Positions 48,347 through 58,638 of a stretch of DNA of 64,000 bases are shown here, one piece after another. Both the position numbers and the translations under genes were made by a program. Source of the DNA: Rhizobacter sp. (GTDB taxonomy: Bacteria > Pseudomonadota > Gammaproteobacteria > Burkholderiales > Burkholderiaceae_C); the NCBI GenBank assembly GCA_017986065.1, contig JAGNWJ010000004.1, positions 16,437 to 80,436 on the forward strand. Reading direction: 5' to 3'. Each line of letters starts with the position of its first letter. Positions within the stretch are counted from its first letter, which is position 1. The notes beneath the pieces were generated by a model. The model made no database searches, was not told the origin of the DNA, and saw only the letters and a list, made by a program, of their open reading frames with translations.

Positions 48347-49908
48347 GCGGCCACCCCCGCATCCGCCGCGATCGCGTGGACCTCGTCGACGAACACCTCG
48401 GCGCGGTGCGCGTAGTTGCGGAACATGTCCAGGCTCGCGCAGGCCGGGCTGAGCAGAACCGCATCTCCGGACTTCGCCTGCTCATGGGCCCAGCGCGTGG
48501 CAGCCGCGAGCGTGGCGTGGCGCTGCAGCACGAGGCCGTCGATGCCGGACAGCGCCGCCTCGATCAGCGCGGCGTCGCGCCCGAGTGTCGCGACGGCGCG
48601 CGCATGACGGCGCACCGGCTCTGCCAGCGGCGTGAAATCCTGGCCCTTGCCGTCGCCGCCGAGGATCACGACGATCCGGGACGGCGCGCGGTCGGCGCCC
48701 AGCCCTTCGAGCGCCGCGACGGTCGCGCCGACGTTGGTGCCCTTGCTGTCGTCGTAGGCGTCGACACCCTCGATGGTGGCGACGTGCGCGACGCGGTGCG
48801 GCTCACCGGCGTACTCGCGCAATCCGTGCAGCATCGGCGCCAGCGGACAGTCGATCGCGGTCGCGAGTGCGAGTGCAGCCATCGCGTTGGCGGCGTTGTG
48901 ACGCCCCCGCACCCGCAGCGCATCGGCCGGCATCAGGCGCTGGATGTGCAGTTCCTCTGCTTCGACTTCGGTGCCGGCACGCACCCGCTTGCGCGGAAAG
49001 CTGTCGTCGGATTCAAGGGCACGCACCAGCCAAGCCATGCCGTTCTCGCTGACCAGACCGAAGTCGCCCGGGCACTGCGGTGCGTCGAGGCCGAAGCGGA
49101 CGATCTGGCGCTCGGCGGGCTTGGGCGCGCGGGACCTGACGGTGCCCTTGGCCGGGATGTCCGCCGGCTGAACCGATCGCGCCAGCGCTTCGACCCGCGG
49201 ATCATCGCGATTGACCACCATCACCGCCTCGCGGCCCCAGACACGCGCCTTGGCGGCGGCGTAGTTCTCCATCGATCCGTGCCAGTCGAGGTGGTCCTCG
49301 GTGAGGTTGAGCACAGCCGCGGCGTCGGGTTCGAAGCCCTTCGCTTCATCGAGCTGGAAACTGCTGAGCTCCAGCACCCATACCTGAGGCAGGCTGTCGC
49401 CGTCGATCGCATCGGCGAGCGTCTGCAGCATCGTCGGCCCGATGTTGCCGGCCACGGCCACCTGCCTGCCGGCGCGCTCGACCAGCAGCGCGGTCATCGC
49501 GGTGGTCGTGGTCTTGCCGTTGGTGCCGGTGATCGCGAGCACCCGCGGCGCGTAGCCCCGGTCGGCCTTCAGGTCCGCCAGGGCGCGCGCGAACAATTCG
49601 AGCTCGCCCTGCACCAGCAGGCCACGCTCGACGAACCGCGCGAGTGGTGGAGCGATCCGGGCATCGGTCGGCGACAACCCGGGACTCTTCAGAACCAGTC
49701 GAACGCCTTCGAATGCGGCATCGGCCAGTTCGCCGCCCAGCACGGTGGCCTGAGGCACGTGCTCTGCAAGCGCCTGGGCATTCGGCGCAACGGCGCGGGA
49801 ATCCCAGACGCGCACGGTTGCGCCGCAACGCGCGCACCAGCGCGCCATCGCCAGACCCGAGTCGCCGAGTCCGAGCACGAGCACCACGTGACCCTGGAGG
49901 TGATTCAT
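48343..49908 (-). CDS. murD: UDP-N-acetylmuramoylalanine--D-glutamate ligase
   Basis: It contains '[12 protein letters not shown]', '[13 protein letters not shown]' and '[11 protein letters not shown]'. It is longer than E. coli MurD, with an insert around '[18 protein letters not shown]'. Confidence 0.92.
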   Translation of the reverse strand: MNHLQGHVVLVLGLGDSGLAMARWCARCGATVRVWDSRAVAPNAQALAEHVPQATVLGGELADAAFEGVRLVLKSPGLSPTDARIAPPLARFVERGLLVQGELELFARALADLKADRGYAPRVLAITGTNGKTTTTAMTALLVERAGRQVAVAGNIGPTMLQTLADAIDGDSLPQVWVLELSSFQLDEAKGFEPDAAAVLNLTEDHLDWHGSMENYAAAKARVWGREAVMVVNRDDPRVEALARSVQPADIPAKGTVRSRAPKPAERQIVRFGLDAPQCPGDFGLVSENGMAWLVRALESDDSFPRKRVRAGTEVEAEELHIQRLMPADALRVRGRHNAANAMAALALATAIDCPLAPMLHGLREYAGEPHRVAHVATIEGVDAYDDSKGTNVGATVAALEGLGADRAPSRIVVILGGDGKGQDFTPLAEPVRRHARAVATLGRDAALIEAALSGIDGLVLQRHATLAAATRWAHEQAKSGDAVLLSPACASLDMFRNYAHRAEVFVDEVHAIAADAGVAA

Positions 49909-49921
49909 GTGCGTGCCCCGC

Positions 49922-51100
49922 TCATCGCAGCTTCAGGCTGGCCAGCCCGACCAGGCACAACAGCATCGTGACGATCCAGAAGCGCACGACGACCTGCGTC
50001 TCCTTCCAGCCCGATTTCTCGAAGTGATGGTGCAGGGGCGCCATCTTCAGGATGCGCTGGCCGGTGCCGTAGCGCTTGCGGGTGTACTTGAACCAGCTCA
50101 CCTGCATCATGACCGACAGGGCCTCGACGACGAACACGCCGCCCATCACGCCAAGGACGATTTCCTGCCTCGTGATCACGGCGATGGTGCCCAGCGCCCC
50201 GCCCAGCGAGAGCGCGCCGACATCGCCCATGAACACCTGCGCGGGATAGGTGTTGAACCACAGGAAGGCCAGCCCCGCACCGGCCATCGCGGCGCAGAAC
50301 ACCAGCAATTCGCCAGCGCCCGGGATGTGGGGGAACAACAGGTACTTGCTGAAGTAGGCATTGCCGATCACATAAGCAAAGACGCCCAGCGCCGAGCCCA
50401 CCATCACCACCGGCATGATCGCCAGACCGTCGAGTCCGTCGGTCAGGTTGACCGCGTTGCTCGCACCGACGATCACGAACCAGGTCAGCACGATGAAGCC
50501 GTAGACGCCCAGCGGATAGCTGATGGTCTTGAAGAAGGGCACGATCAGGTCCGCAGTCGGCGGCAGATCGTTCGAGAAGCCGCTCTGTACCCAGCGCACG
50601 AACAGTTCGAGGACCCGCAGGTTCGAGGTCTCGCTGACGCTGAACGCCAGGTAGAACGCAGCCACCAGCCCGATCAGCGACTGCCAGAAGAACTTGTCTC
50701 GCGAGCTCATGCCCTCGGGGTTCTTGTCGACGACCTTGCGCCAGTCGTCGACCCAGCCGATGGCGCCGAATCCGAGCGTCACCAGCAGCACGATCCAGAC
50801 GAAGCGGTTGGACCAGTCGAACCACAGCAGCGTCGACACCGTGATGCCGATCAGGATCAGCACGCCGCCCATCGTCGGCGTACCGGACTTGCTGAGGTGT
50901 TCCTTGATGCCGTACTCGCGTATCGGCTGGCCGATCTTCAGCGCAGTCAGCCGGCGGATCACCCAGGGGCCGAAGGCCAGGCCGATCAACAGCGCGGTCA
51001 TCGCGGCCATCACCGCGCGGAAGGTGATGTACTGGAAGACCCGGAAGAAGCCCAGCTCCGGGTAGATCGTCTGCATCCACTGCGCGAGGCTAAGCAGCAT
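49922..51100 (-). CDS. mraY: Phospho-N-acetylmuramoyl-pentapeptide transferase
   Basis: It contains '[13 protein letters not shown]', '[13 protein letters not shown]', '[12 protein letters not shown]' and 'MAPLHHHFE'. Confidence 0.96.
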   Translation of the reverse strand: MLLSLAQWMQTIYPELGFFRVFQYITFRAVMAAMTALLIGLAFGPWVIRRLTALKIGQPIREYGIKEHLSKSGTPTMGGVLILIGITVSTLLWFDWSNRFVWIVLLVTLGFGAIGWVDDWRKVVDKNPEGMSSRDKFFWQSLIGLVAAFYLAFSVSETSNLRVLELFVRWVQSGFSNDLPPTADLIVPFFKTISYPLGVYGFIVLTWFVIVGASNAVNLTDGLDGLAIMPVVMVGSALGVFAYVIGNAYFSKYLLFPHIPGAGELLVFCAAMAGAGLAFLWFNTYPAQVFMGDVGALSLGGALGTIAVITRQEIVLGVMGGVFVVEALSVMMQVSWFKYTRKRYGTGQRILKMAPLHHHFEKSGWKETQVVVRFWIVTMLLCLVGLASLKLR

Positions 51101-52487
51101 GCGAGCCTCCCATCGCCGACGAGGCGGCGCTCTTCAGCGCAGCGACGATGCGCTCCATCTTCATGAAGCGCGATCCCTTGACCAGCACCGATGTGGCGAC
51201 CGGAGCCTGGGGCAGTGCGGCCAGCAGGTCGTCGACCGAATCGAAATGCCGCGCCGCGCCAAAGGCCGCCGCGGCGTGCGCGCACAGGGATCCGGCGGTC
51301 CACAGCGCATCGATGCCGGCGTCGCGCGCAAACCCGCCGACCTCGCGGTGAAACGCCGGCCCCTGGTCGCCCACCTCGCCCATGTCGCCGAGCACCAGCC
51401 AGCGCGGGCCGGGCAGCCCCGCCAGCACCTCGATCGCTGCGCGCACCGAATCGGGATTGGCGTTGTAGCTGTCGTCGATCAGCGTGACCTGACGGCCGTC
51501 TCGCACGAAGCTGCCTGCCTGCGAGCGCCCCTGGACCGCCTTGAAGGCTTCGAGGCCGCGCACTGCCGCATCGAGCGGGCATCCGGCCGCCAGAGCGCAG
51601 GCCGTGGCAGCAAGCGCGTTCTTGACGTTGTGCAGTCCGGCGATGTGAAGTTTCAGCAGGCGGCTGCCCGCGGCTGCATGCAGCGCCACCAGCCAGTGAT
51701 CGGCGGACCACGACGCAGTGGCGGTGACATCGGCCGCAACGTCGCCCAGCGCGAAGGTCAGCACGCGCCTGTCGCCTGCCAGCGTGCGCCACAGCGGCGT
51801 GAATTCCTCGTCGGCCGGAAACACCGCGACGCCATCGGCGCCCAGGGCCTCGATGACGCTGCCGTTCTCGCGCGCCACCGCCTCGACGCCGGACATGAAC
51901 TCCTGGTGCTCGCGCTGCGCGTTGTTGACCAGAGCGACCGTGGGTGCGGCCATTGCAGCCAGCTGCGCGATTTCCCCGGGATGATTCATGCCGAGCTCGA
52001 CAACGCCGGCTCGATGAAAGGTGGTGTCATCCTGCCGCAGGCGCAGCAGCGTCAATGGCACGCCGATGTCGTTGTTGAAGTTGCCTTCGGTCGAGAACGC
52101 GCCTTCACCCTGCCAGGCCCGAAGGATCGCGGCGATCATCTGCGTGACCGTGGTCTTGCCGTTGCTGCCGGTGACCGCGATCAACGGAATGTCGAAGCCG
52201 CGCCGCCAGCCTGCCGCCAACGCACCGAGCGCCAGGCGGCTGTCGCCGACCTGCAGGCCGGGCAGACCGGCTTGCGCGACATCCCGTTCAGCCAGCACCG
52301 CGGCTGCACCGGCCGCCCGGGCCTGGGGCAGGAAATCATGGGCATCGAAGCGCTCGCCGCGCAGCGCGACGAAGAAATCCCCCGCGCGCAGGCTGCGCGT
52401 GTCGCTGTGAACCCGCTTCAACCGGGTGGCGCCGTCGCCGAACAGGCGCGATCCCGGCAGCAGATCGTGTGCGTGCGCAAGCGTCAT
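51090..52487 (-). CDS. murF: UDP-N-acetylmuramoyl-tripeptide--D-alanyl-D-alanine ligase
   Basis: It contains '[26 protein letters not shown]', '[11 protein letters not shown]' and '[10 protein letters not shown]'. The ATG at 52487 overlaps the murE stop (TGATG). The 990-aa track ORF is an artefact of the open frame. Confidence 0.93.
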   Translation of the reverse strand: MTLAHAHDLLPGSRLFGDGATRLKRVHSDTRSLRAGDFFVALRGERFDAHDFLPQARAAGAAAVLAERDVAQAGLPGLQVGDSRLALGALAAGWRRGFDIPLIAVTGSNGKTTVTQMIAAILRAWQGEGAFSTEGNFNNDIGVPLTLLRLRQDDTTFHRAGVVELGMNHPGEIAQLAAMAAPTVALVNNAQREHQEFMSGVEAVARENGSVIEALGADGVAVFPADEEFTPLWRTLAGDRRVLTFALGDVAADVTATASWSADHWLVALHAAAGSRLLKLHIAGLHNVKNALAATACALAAGCPLDAAVRGLEAFKAVQGRSQAGSFVRDGRQVTLIDDSYNANPDSVRAAIEVLAGLPGPRWLVLGDMGEVGDQGPAFHREVGGFARDAGIDALWTAGSLCAHAAAAFGAARHFDSVDDLLAALPQAPVATSVLVKGSRFMKMERIVAALKSAASSAMGGSHAA

Positions 52488-54043
52488 CACGGCTGCTTCT
52501 CCGCAACGCCTGCACGCGCCTGCAGTTCGGCGCGGGCTGCGCTTGCGTCGTCGAAAGGATGCCTGACACCGGCGATGTCCTGATGAGCCTCGTGACCCTT
52601 GCCTGCGATCAGGACCACGTCGCTCGAACCCGCCCGAGCCACCGCATGGGCGATCGCTGCACGGCGGTCCTCGATCACTTGCGGCTGGGCCTGCCCGTCC
52701 ATGCCCGAGACGATCGCCGAGATGATCGAGCCCGGCACTTCGTCCCTGGGGTTGTCGCTGGTCACGACGACGTGCCCTGCCAGCCGCTGGGCGAGCGCGC
52801 CCATCAGCGGCCGCTTGCCCGCATCGCGATTTCCACCGCAGCCGAACACGCACCACAACGCACCTCCGCGAGCGGCAGCCAGCGGCTGCAGCGCGCGCAA
52901 TGCCTTGTCGAGCGCATCGGGCGTGTGCGCGTAATCGACCAGCACCTCGGGCAGTTCCTGGTCGGCCTGCGACCCCAGCGTGACCCTCTGCATGCGGCCA
53001 GGTACCGGTGCCAGCGTCGAGCAGGCTCGCGCCGCATCGTGAAGTGGAACGCCCAGCGCGCGCAGGGAGGCGACCACCTCGAGCAGGTTGGAGACGTTGT
53101 AGTCGCCGATCAGCGCGGTGCGCACCGGCACGGACGGTTCGCCGGACTCGACCAGGTCGAATGCCAATCCACCGTCGACGTAGCGCACCGATCGGGCAGC
53201 CAGGCGCGCCGAATCGCTTGCCGCTGCCGGGCCCGCCAAGGCGCAGGTCCAGACGTCGAGCCCGCTGCCATCGAGCGCCTGCTGCAGCGCCACACCCTGC
53301 GGGTCGTCGACGTTGAGCACGACGGCGCGCAGTCCGGGCCAGCGGAACAGGTCGGCCTTGGCCTGCCAGTAGGCATCCATGGATCCGTGGTAATCGAGAT
53401 GGTCCTGCGTGAAATTGGTGAACACCGCGACATCGATGTGCGTGCCCGACAGTCTCTGCTCGGCCAGACCGATCGACGAAGCCTCGATCGCACAGGCGCT
53501 GAATCCGTCGTCGGCAAAGCGCCGGAAGGCCCGATGCAGGGTGACCGGATCGGGGGTCGTCAAGCCGGTCGCCTGCAACGCCGGCGCCACGGCAGGGCCA
53601 GGGTTGACGGGCGCCGCACCGATGCCCAGCGTGCCGATCACGCCGCAGCGCAGGCCCAGCACGGACAAGGCCTGCGCCGTCCACCACGCGGTCGAGGTCT
53701 TGCCGTTGGTGCCGGTGATGGCGATCACGGACAGCCGGCGGCTCGGCGCTCCATAGAACGCGCTTGCCAGCACGCCGGTGGTGGCCTTCAGGCCGTCCAT
53801 CGCGGCGACCCGAGCATCGTCGAAGCCGTAGGCTTCGGCTCCCTCGGCCTCGACCAGACACGCCGGCGCGCCGGCTGCGAGCGCGGGCTGGACATGGCGC
53901 CGTCCGTCCTGCGCCTGACCGGGCCAGGCGATGAAAGCGTCGCCGGGTTCGAGCTGACGACTGTCGGTGGCCAGACCGCGCGCACCTTGCTGCGCGAGCC
54001 AGGACAGCGCAGCCGGGACCGAGCCGAGTGTCTGCAGCGCCAT
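52487..54043 (-). CDS. murE: UDP-N-acetylmuramoyl-L-alanyl-D-glutamate--2,6-diaminopimelate ligase
   Basis: It contains 'TDSRQLEPGDAFIAWPG', '[11 protein letters not shown]', 'VDYAHTPDAL' and 'GCGGNRDAGKRP'. Confidence 0.94.
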   Translation of the reverse strand: MALQTLGSVPAALSWLAQQGARGLATDSRQLEPGDAFIAWPGQAQDGRRHVQPALAAGAPACLVEAEGAEAYGFDDARVAAMDGLKATTGVLASAFYGAPSRRLSVIAITGTNGKTSTAWWTAQALSVLGLRCGVIGTLGIGAAPVNPGPAVAPALQATGLTTPDPVTLHRAFRRFADDGFSACAIEASSIGLAEQRLSGTHIDVAVFTNFTQDHLDYHGSMDAYWQAKADLFRWPGLRAVVLNVDDPQGVALQQALDGSGLDVWTCALAGPAAASDSARLAARSVRYVDGGLAFDLVESGEPSVPVRTALIGDYNVSNLLEVVASLRALGVPLHDAARACSTLAPVPGRMQRVTLGSQADQELPEVLVDYAHTPDALDKALRALQPLAAARGGALWCVFGCGGNRDAGKRPLMGALAQRLAGHVVVTSDNPRDEVPGSIISAIVSGMDGQAQPQVIEDRRAAIAHAVARAGSSDVVLIAGKGHEAHQDIAGVRHPFDDASAARAELQARAGVAEKQP

Positions 54044-55860
54044 CAGAAGCTCTCGTCCTCACCAGGCACGTCGCGCGCGATGATCTGCGTCTTCACGTCG
54101 AGGTCAGGCTGCACGCCGAGCGTGCGCAGCGTGTTCTGGACCAGGTCGCTGAAGACCGGCGCCGCGACGTCACCGCCATACCACTTTCCGGCGGTCGGCT
54201 GGTCGACCATCACCGCGACGATGATGCGGGGGTTCTTGATCGGCGCGAGGCCGACGAACCACGAGCGGTACTTCTTGTTGTCGTAGCTCTTGCCCTCGTG
54301 GCTGTAGGCCGTACCCGACTTTCCGCCGACCGAGTAGCCGACGGTCTGCGCCTTCGGCGCGGTACCGCCTGGCCCGGTGACCAGCGCAAGCATCTGCCGC
54401 ACGGCCAGCGCCGTCTGAGGCGAGATCACACGCAATCCGGGCACCCTGGCCTCGGCCCCCTGCGCCTCGCTCTTCATCAGCGTGACGGGGATCATCTCGC
54501 CGTCGTGCGCGAACACGGTGTAGGCGTGAGCGATCTGGAACAGCGAGGCCGAAAGCCCGTAGCCGTAGCACATCGTCGCGTGCATGGTCTCGTCCTTGGC
54601 AATCGCCTTGGCCGAGGGAAGCCGACCCCGGACGGACCCCGGGAAGCCGATCTGCGGCTTCTGCCCGAAGCCCACCGCCGTGTACAGGTCCCACATCTCG
54701 CGCGGCTGGAACATCAGCCCCATGCGCATCGAGCCGATGTTGCTGGACTTCTGGATCACCTCGGCCACCGTCAGGTCGCCGTGCGGGTGGGCATCGCTGA
54801 TGATGAATCCGCCCATCGCGATGCGCCCGGGCGCGGTGTGGATGATGGTGTCGGGCCTGACCCGGCCGGTCTCGAGCGCCCAGGCAGCGATGAACGGCTT
54901 GACCGTCGATCCCGGTTCGAACGTGTCCGTCATCGCCCGGTTGCGCAACTGCTCGCCGGTCAGGTTGCGGCGGTCCGACGGCGCGTAGCTCGGGTAGTTG
55001 GCAAGAGCCAGCACCTCGCCGGACTGCGCATCGAGAACCACCACACTGCCGGCCTTGGCCTTGTTCTCGGCGACCGCATCGCGCACCCGCCGGTAGGCGA
55101 AGTACTGGATCTTCGAGTCGATCGACAACTGGATGTCACGGCCGTCGACCGGCGCGATGCTGTCGCCGATGTCCTCGACGACCTTGCCGAGACGGTCCTT
55201 GATGACGCGCCGCGTCCCGTTGCGGCCGGTCAGCTCCTTCTGGAAGGCGAGTTCCATGCCCTCCTGGCCGCGATTTTCGGCATCGGTGAAGCCCACCACA
55301 TGTGCAGCGGCCTCGCCCTCCGGATACTTGCGCTTGACCTCGCGCAGCTGGTGCACCCCCGGCAGGCCGAGCGCCAGCGCGTCCTTGGCCTGCGTCTCGT
55401 CGACCTGTCGCTTCAGCCAGACGAAATTGGGGTTGTCGTCGAGCCGATCGTCGAGTGCCTTCGGCGTCATGCCCAGCAGGCGGGCGAGCTGCCGACGCTC
55501 ACGGCTGTCGGCCGCGAAGTCCTTCGGGATGGCCCACAGCGAGGGCGCCGGCACGCTGGATGCCATCAGTTGCCCGTTTCGGTCGAAGATGCGCCCGCGA
55601 TTCGCCGACAGGTCGAGCGTGCGCGCATAGCGGGCCTCGCCCTGCTTCAGATAGAAAGACGAACCGATGACCTGCACGTACAACGCCCGGCCGAGCAGCA
55701 CGCAGAAGCCGAGACCGACCAGCGCGACCAGCACCTTGGAGCGGGACGCGGGCGTGCGAGAGGCCAGCAGCGGGCTGCTCGCATAGTTGATGCTGCGCGC
55801 ATGGCCGGCCACCGGCTTGGCGACGGCTCCTGCCCGGGCGTTCCAGCCCCCCTGCCTCAT
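54043..55860 (-). CDS. ftsI: Peptidoglycan D,D-transpeptidase FtsI (PBP3)
   Basis: The TM anchor is 'VLVALVGLGFCVLLG'. It also has 'RG.IFDRNG', the active site 'STVKPF', 'SSN' and 'KSGTA'. The ATG at 55860 overlaps the ftsL stop. Confidence 0.93.
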   Translation of the reverse strand: MRQGGWNARAGAVAKPVAGHARSINYASSPLLASRTPASRSKVLVALVGLGFCVLLGRALYVQVIGSSFYLKQGEARYARTLDLSANRGRIFDRNGQLMASSVPAPSLWAIPKDFAADSRERRQLARLLGMTPKALDDRLDDNPNFVWLKRQVDETQAKDALALGLPGVHQLREVKRKYPEGEAAAHVVGFTDAENRGQEGMELAFQKELTGRNGTRRVIKDRLGKVVEDIGDSIAPVDGRDIQLSIDSKIQYFAYRRVRDAVAENKAKAGSVVVLDAQSGEVLALANYPSYAPSDRRNLTGEQLRNRAMTDTFEPGSTVKPFIAAWALETGRVRPDTIIHTAPGRIAMGGFIISDAHPHGDLTVAEVIQKSSNIGSMRMGLMFQPREMWDLYTAVGFGQKPQIGFPGSVRGRLPSAKAIAKDETMHATMCYGYGLSASLFQIAHAYTVFAHDGEMIPVTLMKSEAQGAEARVPGLRVISPQTALAVRQMLALVTGPGGTAPKAQTVGYSVGGKSGTAYSHEGKSYDNKKYRSWFVGLAPIKNPRIIVAVMVDQPTAGKWYGGDVAAPVFSDLVQNTLRTLGVQPDLDVKTQIIARDVPGEDESF

Positions 55861-56186
55861 GGCTGCCCCCGCGACGACGCGGCCAGCCCGGGCCCGACGG
55901 CGGACGAGGCGCGACCGGCATCCGCCGTGACCGTCACCTGCTTCATGATGGCCGGCGTGGCCTGCACCATGCGCAGCTTGTCGCGCGCGGTCTTCTCGAC
56001 CCTCGCGGGTGCAGCCTGCGTCTGCCGCTCGGCCTGCAGGCGACCGTATTCGGTCTCGAACTGGCGCTGCTGGTTGCGTGCGCGATCGAGCTCGCCGTAC
56101 AGGTGGTGCGCGTCGTAGGAGACACGCACCAGATAGACGCTGCTGACGAGCAGCACGAGGAGCAGCAGCAGGTTGAGGCGCGTCAC
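55857..56186 (-). CDS. ftsL: Cell division protein FtsL
   Basis: 'TRLNLLLLLVLLVSSVYLVRVSYDAHHLYGELDRARNQQRQFETEYGRLQAE' is a TM helix followed by a coiled coil. I chose the GTG at 56186; the upstream ATGs at 56237, 56231 and 56222 are possible alternatives. Confidence 0.85.
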   Translation of the reverse strand: MTRLNLLLLLVLLVSSVYLVRVSYDAHHLYGELDRARNQQRQFETEYGRLQAERQTQAAPARVEKTARDKLRMVQATPAIMKQVTVTADAGRASSAVGPGLAASSRGQP

Positions 56187-56256
56187 GCGTGCCCCCTTCG
56201 CGATGCACGCTGCACCACCCATCGGCGGCATGTGCAATCCGGTCGCATCGCCGACA

Positions 56257-57273
56257 TCACCTGCGACTCCGGGCCGGCGGCGGCGGCGCAGACGCGGCGT
56301 CAGTGCGCTCGGCCACGCGCATCACCGCCGAGCGCGCGCGCGGGTTGGCGCGCAGCTCGGTCTCGCCGGGCTTGATGCGACCCAGCGCCGTCAGCCGCAT
56401 CGCCACCTCGGGCGCGAACGGTGCCCGACGATCGAACACCGCCTTGCTTTCGCGCGCGATGAATGTCTTGACGATGCGGTCTTCCAGCGAGTGGAAACTG
56501 ATCACCACGAGACGACCACCGGGAGCCAGCAATTCGAGCGCCGCGCTCAGCCCCTGTTCGAGCTCCTCAAGCTCGGCGTTGACGAAAATCCGAAGAGCTT
56601 GAAACGTGCGCGTTGCAGGGTTCTGGCCCGGCTCGCGGGTCTTGACTGCACCAGCCACGACTTCGGAAAGCTCCCGCGTGGTTCGAACAGGGTTCCCGCC
56701 TTCGCGCCGAGCAACAAGCGCCTTTGCAACCTGTACAGCAAACCGTTCTTCCCCATAGTCCCGAATCACCTCCGCAATGTGGCGCTCGTCGGCGCGGGCC
56801 AGAAAATCCGCAGCGCTTTCGCCCCGGGTCGTGTCCATCCGCATGTCGAGCGGACCGTCGAAACGAAAACTGAATCCACGCTCGGGGCTGTCGATCTGCG
56901 GCGACGACACGCCCAGGTCGAGAAGCAGACCATCGATGCGCGAGACCCCGGCCGCGGCCAGCGTCGGCACCATCTGGCCGAAGCTCGTGTGGTGGATCGA
57001 GAAGCGCGGGTCGGCGAAGTCCGGATCGCCGGCGGCCGCAGCCACCGCCTCCGGATCGCGATCGATCGCCAGCAGGCGCGCACGCGCCCCCAGGCGCTGC
57101 AGCAGCAGGCGTGAATGCCCACCGCGCCCGAAGGTGCCATCGACATAGACGCCGTCGGCCGCTCGCGCAAGCTGCTCATCGTCCGCCGCACCCGGGGGAG
57201 CGGCGTGCAGCAGCGCATCGACGGCTTCGTCGAGCAGGACGGTGGTGTGGGCACTGGCAGGTGCGGTCGTCAT
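56257..57273 (-). CDS. rsmH: 16S rRNA (cytosine1402-N4)-methyltransferase
   Basis: It contains '[13 protein letters not shown]', '[13 protein letters not shown]', 'DLGVSSPQ.D...RGFSF', 'GPLDMRMD' and 'ISFHSLEDR'. Confidence 0.95.
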   Translation of the reverse strand: MTTAPASAHTTVLLDEAVDALLHAAPPGAADDEQLARAADGVYVDGTFGRGGHSRLLLQRLGARARLLAIDRDPEAVAAAAGDPDFADPRFSIHHTSFGQMVPTLAAAGVSRIDGLLLDLGVSSPQIDSPERGFSFRFDGPLDMRMDTTRGESAADFLARADERHIAEVIRDYGEERFAVQVAKALVARREGGNPVRTTRELSEVVAGAVKTREPGQNPATRTFQALRIFVNAELEELEQGLSAALELLAPGGRLVVISFHSLEDRIVKTFIARESKAVFDRRAPFAPEVAMRLTALGRIKPGETELRANPRARSAVMRVAERTDAASAPPPPARSRR

Positions 57274-57283
57274 CGCACAGCGC

Positions 57284-57712
57284 TCAGAAAGTGAATCCCT
57301 TGAGCGCTTCGGGCATGTCGCCCTTCACCACCTCGGCTTCGTGCGAAGCGTGCTGCACGGCATCCCACAGTTCGAGGTGGCTGCCCATGCCGATCAACAT
57401 CACGTCGCGGTCGAGCCCGGCGGATTTGCGCAGTTCGGGGGCGATGAGCACGCGCGACGAGCCATCGAGATCGACGTCCATCGCATTGCCGAGAAACATC
57501 CGCTTCCAGCGGACCGCCTCCATCGGCAACGCGTTGATGCGGTCGCGGAATTCCTCCCAGGTCGGGCGAGGAAACACCATCAACGGACCGTCGGGGTGCC
57601 TGGTGATCGTGAGCTCGGTGACTTCCAGTGCGCGCAACACGGACAGGTGGCGGGCAGGCATGGTGAGCCGCCCCTTGCTATCCAAGGTCAGCGCCGCAGG
57701 CCCCTGAAACAC
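57284..57712 (-). CDS. mraZ: Transcriptional regulator MraZ
   Basis: It contains '[21 protein letters not shown]' and a second SpoVT/AbrB-like half, '[15 protein letters not shown]'. I chose the GTG at 57712 to give the canonical N-terminus. The track ORF start at 57769 adds 19 atypical residues. Confidence 0.9.
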   Translation of the reverse strand: MFQGPAALTLDSKGRLTMPARHLSVLRALEVTELTITRHPDGPLMVFPRPTWEEFRDRINALPMEAVRWKRMFLGNAMDVDLDGSSRVLIAPELRKSAGLDRDVMLIGMGSHLELWDAVQHASHEAEVVKGDMPEALKGFTF

Positions 57713-57782
57713 CAGATTTGCCACAAAAACCCAGAAAAGTGCACCAAGTCCCACTGTATCGCATCGCATCTGCCTGGGTCAA
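57710..57782 (-). promoter_or_regulatory. Candidate Pmra promoter plus MraZ operator (10-bp phased GTGG/TGGG repeats)
   Basis: The sense strand reads 'TTGACCcaggcagatgcgatgcgATACAGTGGGacttgGTGCActtttcTGGGTttttGTGGCaaatcTGGTG(start)'. A TTGACC -35 box is followed 17 nt later by a weak -10. Five GTGG/TGGG-type pentamers then follow at about 10-nt spacing, running into the start codon. An AT-rich tract lies upstream at 57785-57870. Confidence 0.4.
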
Positions 57783-57991
57783 CGCAGATGTAAAAGAAAA
57801 TCCAATTAAATCAATCACTTAGCGGGCATTCTGAAGGCGCCGAACAGCCAAAATCCTTAAAAAACAAGCAGTTGAGAAGCGCTTTGAAAGTGATGGGTGA
57901 GAAGTCGCCGGCAGGCATCGACGCGTCAGCCTCGGCATCGAGGCTGGGTCAACGAGCGCCCGCCCGCCGTCGGGCGGCGGCGTGAGTCGGA

Positions 57992-58561
57992 TCAGCGCGG
58001 GGACACGCCGATCAGCCACAGGTGCACCGCACCGATGAAGGCTGCATACAAACACAGGCCAACGGTGAGCGCAATGGCGTCGTTGTAGCGCCCGGGCGGG
58101 GCTCCGGGCACGCTGCGCGCGACGCGGTGCTTCAGCGAAATCCGGTCGGCCACGGCCCACGCCAGGAAGGACCCGAACAGCACGGTGGACGCGAGGGTGC
58201 CGTTGGCCAGCAGGTGGGCGAGCGCCCACAGCTTGGTCGCGACCAGCATCGGGTGCCGGGTGATGGCCGAGATGCGCCCGGGCAGGTACGAGGCCAGCAG
58301 CAGCGGAAACACCGGCAGCATCAGCAACCACGCCACATGCCGCAGTGCGGCGGGCGGCTGGTACAGAAGGACCGGTGCGCCACGCGCCTGCCCGTATCCA
58401 TGAAGGATCAGCGCAAATCCGACCAGCGACAGGAGCGCGTAGATGCCCTTCCAGGCCATGTCGCCGAGTGCGGCAGCCTGACGGTTGCGCCAGGCCGGCG
58501 CGAAGATCGACGTCGAGTGCACACCGAGAAAGATGACCAGACCCAGGATCAGCATGGACAT
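57992..58561 (-). CDS. NnrU family membrane protein
   Basis: It contains 'MSMLILGLVIFLGVHS......W', 'YALLSLVGFALI' and 'THPMLVATKLWALAHLLANG'. Confidence 0.8.
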   Translation of the reverse strand: MSMLILGLVIFLGVHSTSIFAPAWRNRQAAALGDMAWKGIYALLSLVGFALILHGYGQARGAPVLLYQPPAALRHVAWLLMLPVFPLLLASYLPGRISAITRHPMLVATKLWALAHLLANGTLASTVLFGSFLAWAVADRISLKHRVARSVPGAPPGRYNDAIALTVGLCLYAAFIGAVHLWLIGVSPR

Positions 58562-58638
58562 GTCGTTCGCCTTCGCAAAGCGATCAGTCTATGCCGCGTT
58601 CGCATCGCGGGCCGACCCGAGGGCGACCCGCTGCGGGC

